NCBI GenBank assembly: GCA_951406725.2
Contig: OX597820.1
Coordinates: forward strand, 107,818,001-107,882,000
Length of the DNA stretch: 64,000 nt
From: Octopus vulgaris
Taxonomy: Eukaryota
Direction: 5' to 3'
The translations under genes and the position numbers were made by a program. The first letter of the stretch is position 1. Each line of letters starts with the position of its first letter. Of the stretch, positions 60,207 through 64,000 are shown in pieces. The notes under the pieces are model-generated. The model was not told the DNA's origin. It was given only the letters and a program-made list of their open reading frames with translations, and did no database searches.

Positions 60207-61475
60207 TCAGGTCATTAAGAATGAAATGTTTGATTTTCTTATGCACCAAGTTTGACAGTCATTAAATGTTTTATCCTGACAATTCTTCATTTTACAACAT
60301 TCAACACTTTTTGAAATGCAATTCATGGTGTCTGATTATATTGTGAGTTTTCTCTTGTAAATCAATTTTTGTGACCCTATGGATAGATAAAAAATTCGTG
60401 TTGTTTATAAATATGTGTTCCATTGTGGAACCAATACATCCCAGACAGCTTGAAATATCAATGAGGTGTTTGGTAAAGATGTGGTGAATGAGTGCACTGT
60501 ACGTTAAAAGTTTGAGAAGTTCTGGTCTGGTGACTTTACTCTTGAAAATCAGCCCTGTAGTAGACCTGAGACCAAGGTGGACAATGATGAGCTGGAAACT
60601 GTAGTGGAAGCAGATACATCTCAAACTATGCATCAGTTAGCAGCAAGATTTGATGTTTCAATTCCAACTGTATTGGACCATCTGAAACAAATCAGCAAGG
60701 TAAAGAAGCTGGGCAAGTGGGTACCACATGAACTGAACGAGTATTAAATGACACATCATCTTGGAACTTGCTGTTCTTTGCTGTCATGGCATAAAAGCAA
60801 ACCATTTTTGTATTATATTGTTATGTGCGATGAAAAATGGATTCTTTTCAACAACAGCAAGCATTCTGCATGGTGGTTGGATAGAGACGAAGTGCCAAAA
60901 CACAATCCAAAAAAGAATATTTGCCAAAAAAGCTAATGGTGTCTGTTTGGTGGTCCAGTGCTGGTGTCAAGCTCTACAGCTTCATGAGACCTGGTAAGTC
61001 AATTACAGTGGATGTCTACATCAACTAAATGGATGAAATGAAGAGTGACCTTGCAATTAAACAACCGAGATTGGTCAATAGAGACAGGCCAATTCTCTTG
61101 CAAGACAATGCTTGACCATATTTTGCACAAAGAATGCTACTCAAGTTACAGGAACTGAACTTGGAAGTATTCTGTCATCCACCATATTCACCAGACCTTG
61201 CACCAACTGACTATCACGTTTTCTAGGCATTAGACAACCTTTTGCAAAGAAAAAACTTCATATCTGAAGAAGATGCAAAAACAGCCTTTCATAATTCCAT
61301 CACCTCTTGCTCTCCAGAATTCTTCACTGCTGCCATAAATAAGCTACCAATAAAATGGCAAAATTGTGTTGATAATTTAAGTGCATAAATTTTGATTAAG
61401 TGCATTGCTTTTTGTTGAGATAAAGTAAAATAAACTTTCAGTTCAAAATCAAACATTTCATTCTTAATGACCTGA
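60207..61475 (+). mobile_element. Mariner transposon, full length with perfect TIRs and a decayed ORF
   Basis: TA-flanked 31-bp TIR TCAGGTCATTAAGAATGAAATGTTTGATTTT, 1269 bp. Motifs WVPHEL, CDEKWI, LQDNA and HPPYSPDLAPTDY, with in-frame stops. Confidence 0.93.
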
Positions 61476-62537
61476 TAATTATTGAAATGAGTGTCACTGA
61501 TTAAAAACTGTAGTAACATCAACTTCATTACTATGTATATATATGTATTTAGTTTATTTGAAAATAACTTGCCTATGCAAGGGCTACTAGTTAAAACCTC
61601 TACATACCAAATTCTAACAGGCTTATGGAATCATCAGGAAAGAATGCACAATTTCAAGGCCTTTCTCTTGACAGCTTTATTATGTACCAATTCCCACCAC
61701 TGATATGGAACCTCACTTGCCAGAGCAAATGATTACTTGTCTTGGATCAACATTTTTCTTCCCATTTATCCCTTTTTAGCTAAATCCAGTGGTTTGCCTT
61801 CTTAACTGTGGTTTGGATGTATTTCATGATGGTGTTTGATCACTTAGACCTAACAACAATAAGCATTACCTCATACTGTGACCTAGAAATCCTCTACAGT
61901 CAACTTTGATTAGATAATGTACCATATTCCATCTTGCATCCTCACATTCTTCAAGGACATGTTAATACCAATCATTATTCCGAGTCTGAACAGTATCAAT
62001 GTTATCTTTATGGGGAACCATTAGCTCAACAAGATAGGTGTGAGGAAAGGAAAAGAGTAAACTTTTTTCCTTTCCTCACACTTATCTGCAGCCACCTTCT
62101 AAAACCATTCCAGTTTTCATGTTTGGTAGAAACTATTTTTCTTCTTCCAGTAGATCTGCTGCCTTGGACGAACAAAGGTGATAAAATCTCTGACAGATCG
62201 CCTTTATGGTTTGTTGCCTCTGCAAATATATGCAGTTAGGTACTTTACAATATTAAAGAGAACCTTGAGAACCAAATTATGTTTCCAAGTATATCTGCCT
62301 GGCACCAGTGAGCAGTTGGAAGGAATGGATTTAGATTTACCTATTTCCCTCTCCTACATGATCTATGGTTGTGTCATTAAGAAGTTTGCTTCTCAACCAC
62401 ATGGTTTTGGGTTTAGTCCCACTGTGTAGCACCTTGAACTGATATTTTCTTTTATAGTGCAGGGCTGATATCAAAACTTCATGAGTGAATTTGGTAGAAG
62501 GAAACTGAAAGAAGCCTTTTGAGTGTATGCACACATC

Positions 62538-62583
<46 letters not shown>

Positions 62584-62734
62584 TATATGCACATGTAGAT
62601 ATATATATACGTGTGTACGTTTGTGTGTGTGTGTGTAAAGGCAATTAGCTACTTCTCTAAGAGGCAATTAGCAGGTTCTCTAAAATTCGAAATAAAGACA
62701 GGCATAAATTTCTACAGATAGATACAGATAACTA

Positions 62735-63400
62735 GTATCCTTCCATTAACCCTGCTATATCAAATAGTGCACTTATTTTTGCTAGAAAATGTACTAATCT
62801 TACTATGTAAGTAATCAATGTAATACTAACAGCCAGTAGATCTATCATTAATTTTGACAATAAATTGTGGACCAGAAAAGATACTCCCAATTGTTTTGAT
62901 ATTACAATGGGTGCGGCTGACTCCACACAAGTGACGGATCTTGTTGGTAGATATTTTCTATCAAACATGCATGAAGAATTCCCTGAAATCAGGGGAGGAT
63001 TGTACAGGAACGATGTTATTTTCATAGTTAAAAATGCTTCTAATAGACAATAAGAAATAATTAAAAAACTATTATACAAATTTTTTAAAGGATATGGTTT
63101 TTCTATTACTATCAAGAGAGATAATAACTTAATAAACTTTCTGGACGTTAATTTTAATTTAGCAACTGGTTTACATGAACCTTTTAGAAAACCCAACTTC
63201 ACTTTAAGATACATAAATTTCCAAAGCAATCACCCTAGATTGATAAAAAAAAAAGCACTTAATCTCCAATATTAGTAAACGAATAAAATACCTATCTTCC
63301 AATGAAGATATATTTAATAAACATGAGCATCACTACAATATAGCCTTATATAACGCTGGATATAAAAATAAAATAGAATACTGTAAACATAATAGTATTA
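62735..63400 (+). mobile_element. Penelope-like RT fragment
   Basis: WTRKDTPNCFDITMGAADSTQVTDLVG..GGLYRNDV, a close relative of the 16064-20720 element. Confidence 0.85.
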
Positions 63401-63559
63401 ATAATATGAACATAACTAATTAATAATATGAATATAACTACCAAAATACATCATCAGGTGAGAGTGCGCACTGTTTCAGGGCTTACCTCTCAACTGTATC
63501 ATTGTGCAGTAGCCCCCACTCACTGATATGAGGCCCCGCTTGCTAGATCAACTAGTTAT

Positions 63560-64000
63560 CAAATAAAGCTCAATATTCTAACCATCGCTCATTGTCTCTT
63601 TTTAACCAAATCCAGTGGCCAGGCTTTTCTACTGTGGTTTGGATATCATTCATGGTGGTATTCACTATATGATGATATAGCCCTAATGATAACAACAATC
63701 ACCTCACGCTGTGTCCAACGAATCCGTTAAATCTGACTTTGTTTGGAAAATGCTCCGTTTTCCAGCCTGCGTCTTCACATTCCTCAAGGAGGTTTACATA
63801 ACGGTCAATCTTTTGAGCCCAGGCAGCATCCATGTTGTCTTCATGAGGAACCATTAACTTGACTAAATTCACCGTTTTCCTTCTTTCACACCACATTATA
63901 ATATCTGGTTTTTTCACAACTGGGATGGGAAAGAATCCTTGGCACACTGGTAAATCTGCAGCCACCTGCCAATAATCCCACTTTTTATTGCTCACAGGAA
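63560..64000 (-). mobile_element. HERO/R2-type REL endonuclease 3' end (related remnant at ~61775-61975)
   Basis: WQVAADL..KKPDIIMW..VKLMVPHEDNMDAAWAQKIDRY..L..C...GW. Confidence 0.8.

Noticed and set aside
60380-61388. SETMAR-like gene
   Set aside because: A plain mariner with TIRs and in-frame stops, and no SET domain.

Overview
AT-rich, microsatellite-laden animal genomic DNA. The SINE/RTE tails and (TA)n density suggest a coleoid cephalopod such as Octopus (inference). The only host gene I can support is the 3' end of a cystinosin (CTNS) homologue: three + strand exons at 1588-1758, 7333-7450 and 14234-14370, with canonical splice sites and the exon sizes and phases I recall for human exons 10-12. 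The rest is mostly decayed transposons: RTE-clade LINEs and their SINEs, HERO/R2-type REL elements, a Helitron, three mariners, Tc1, pogo/Tigger, hAT, a piggyBac-derived MITE, three Gypsy elements (one young, with TSD and a UUUAAAC -1 frameshift site) and Penelope-like elements (PLEs). The most notable signal is a set of hammerhead-ribozyme motifs and short fold-back palindromes centred on hammerhead parts, sitting in or next to (TA)n tracts. All assignments are by eye, without database searches.
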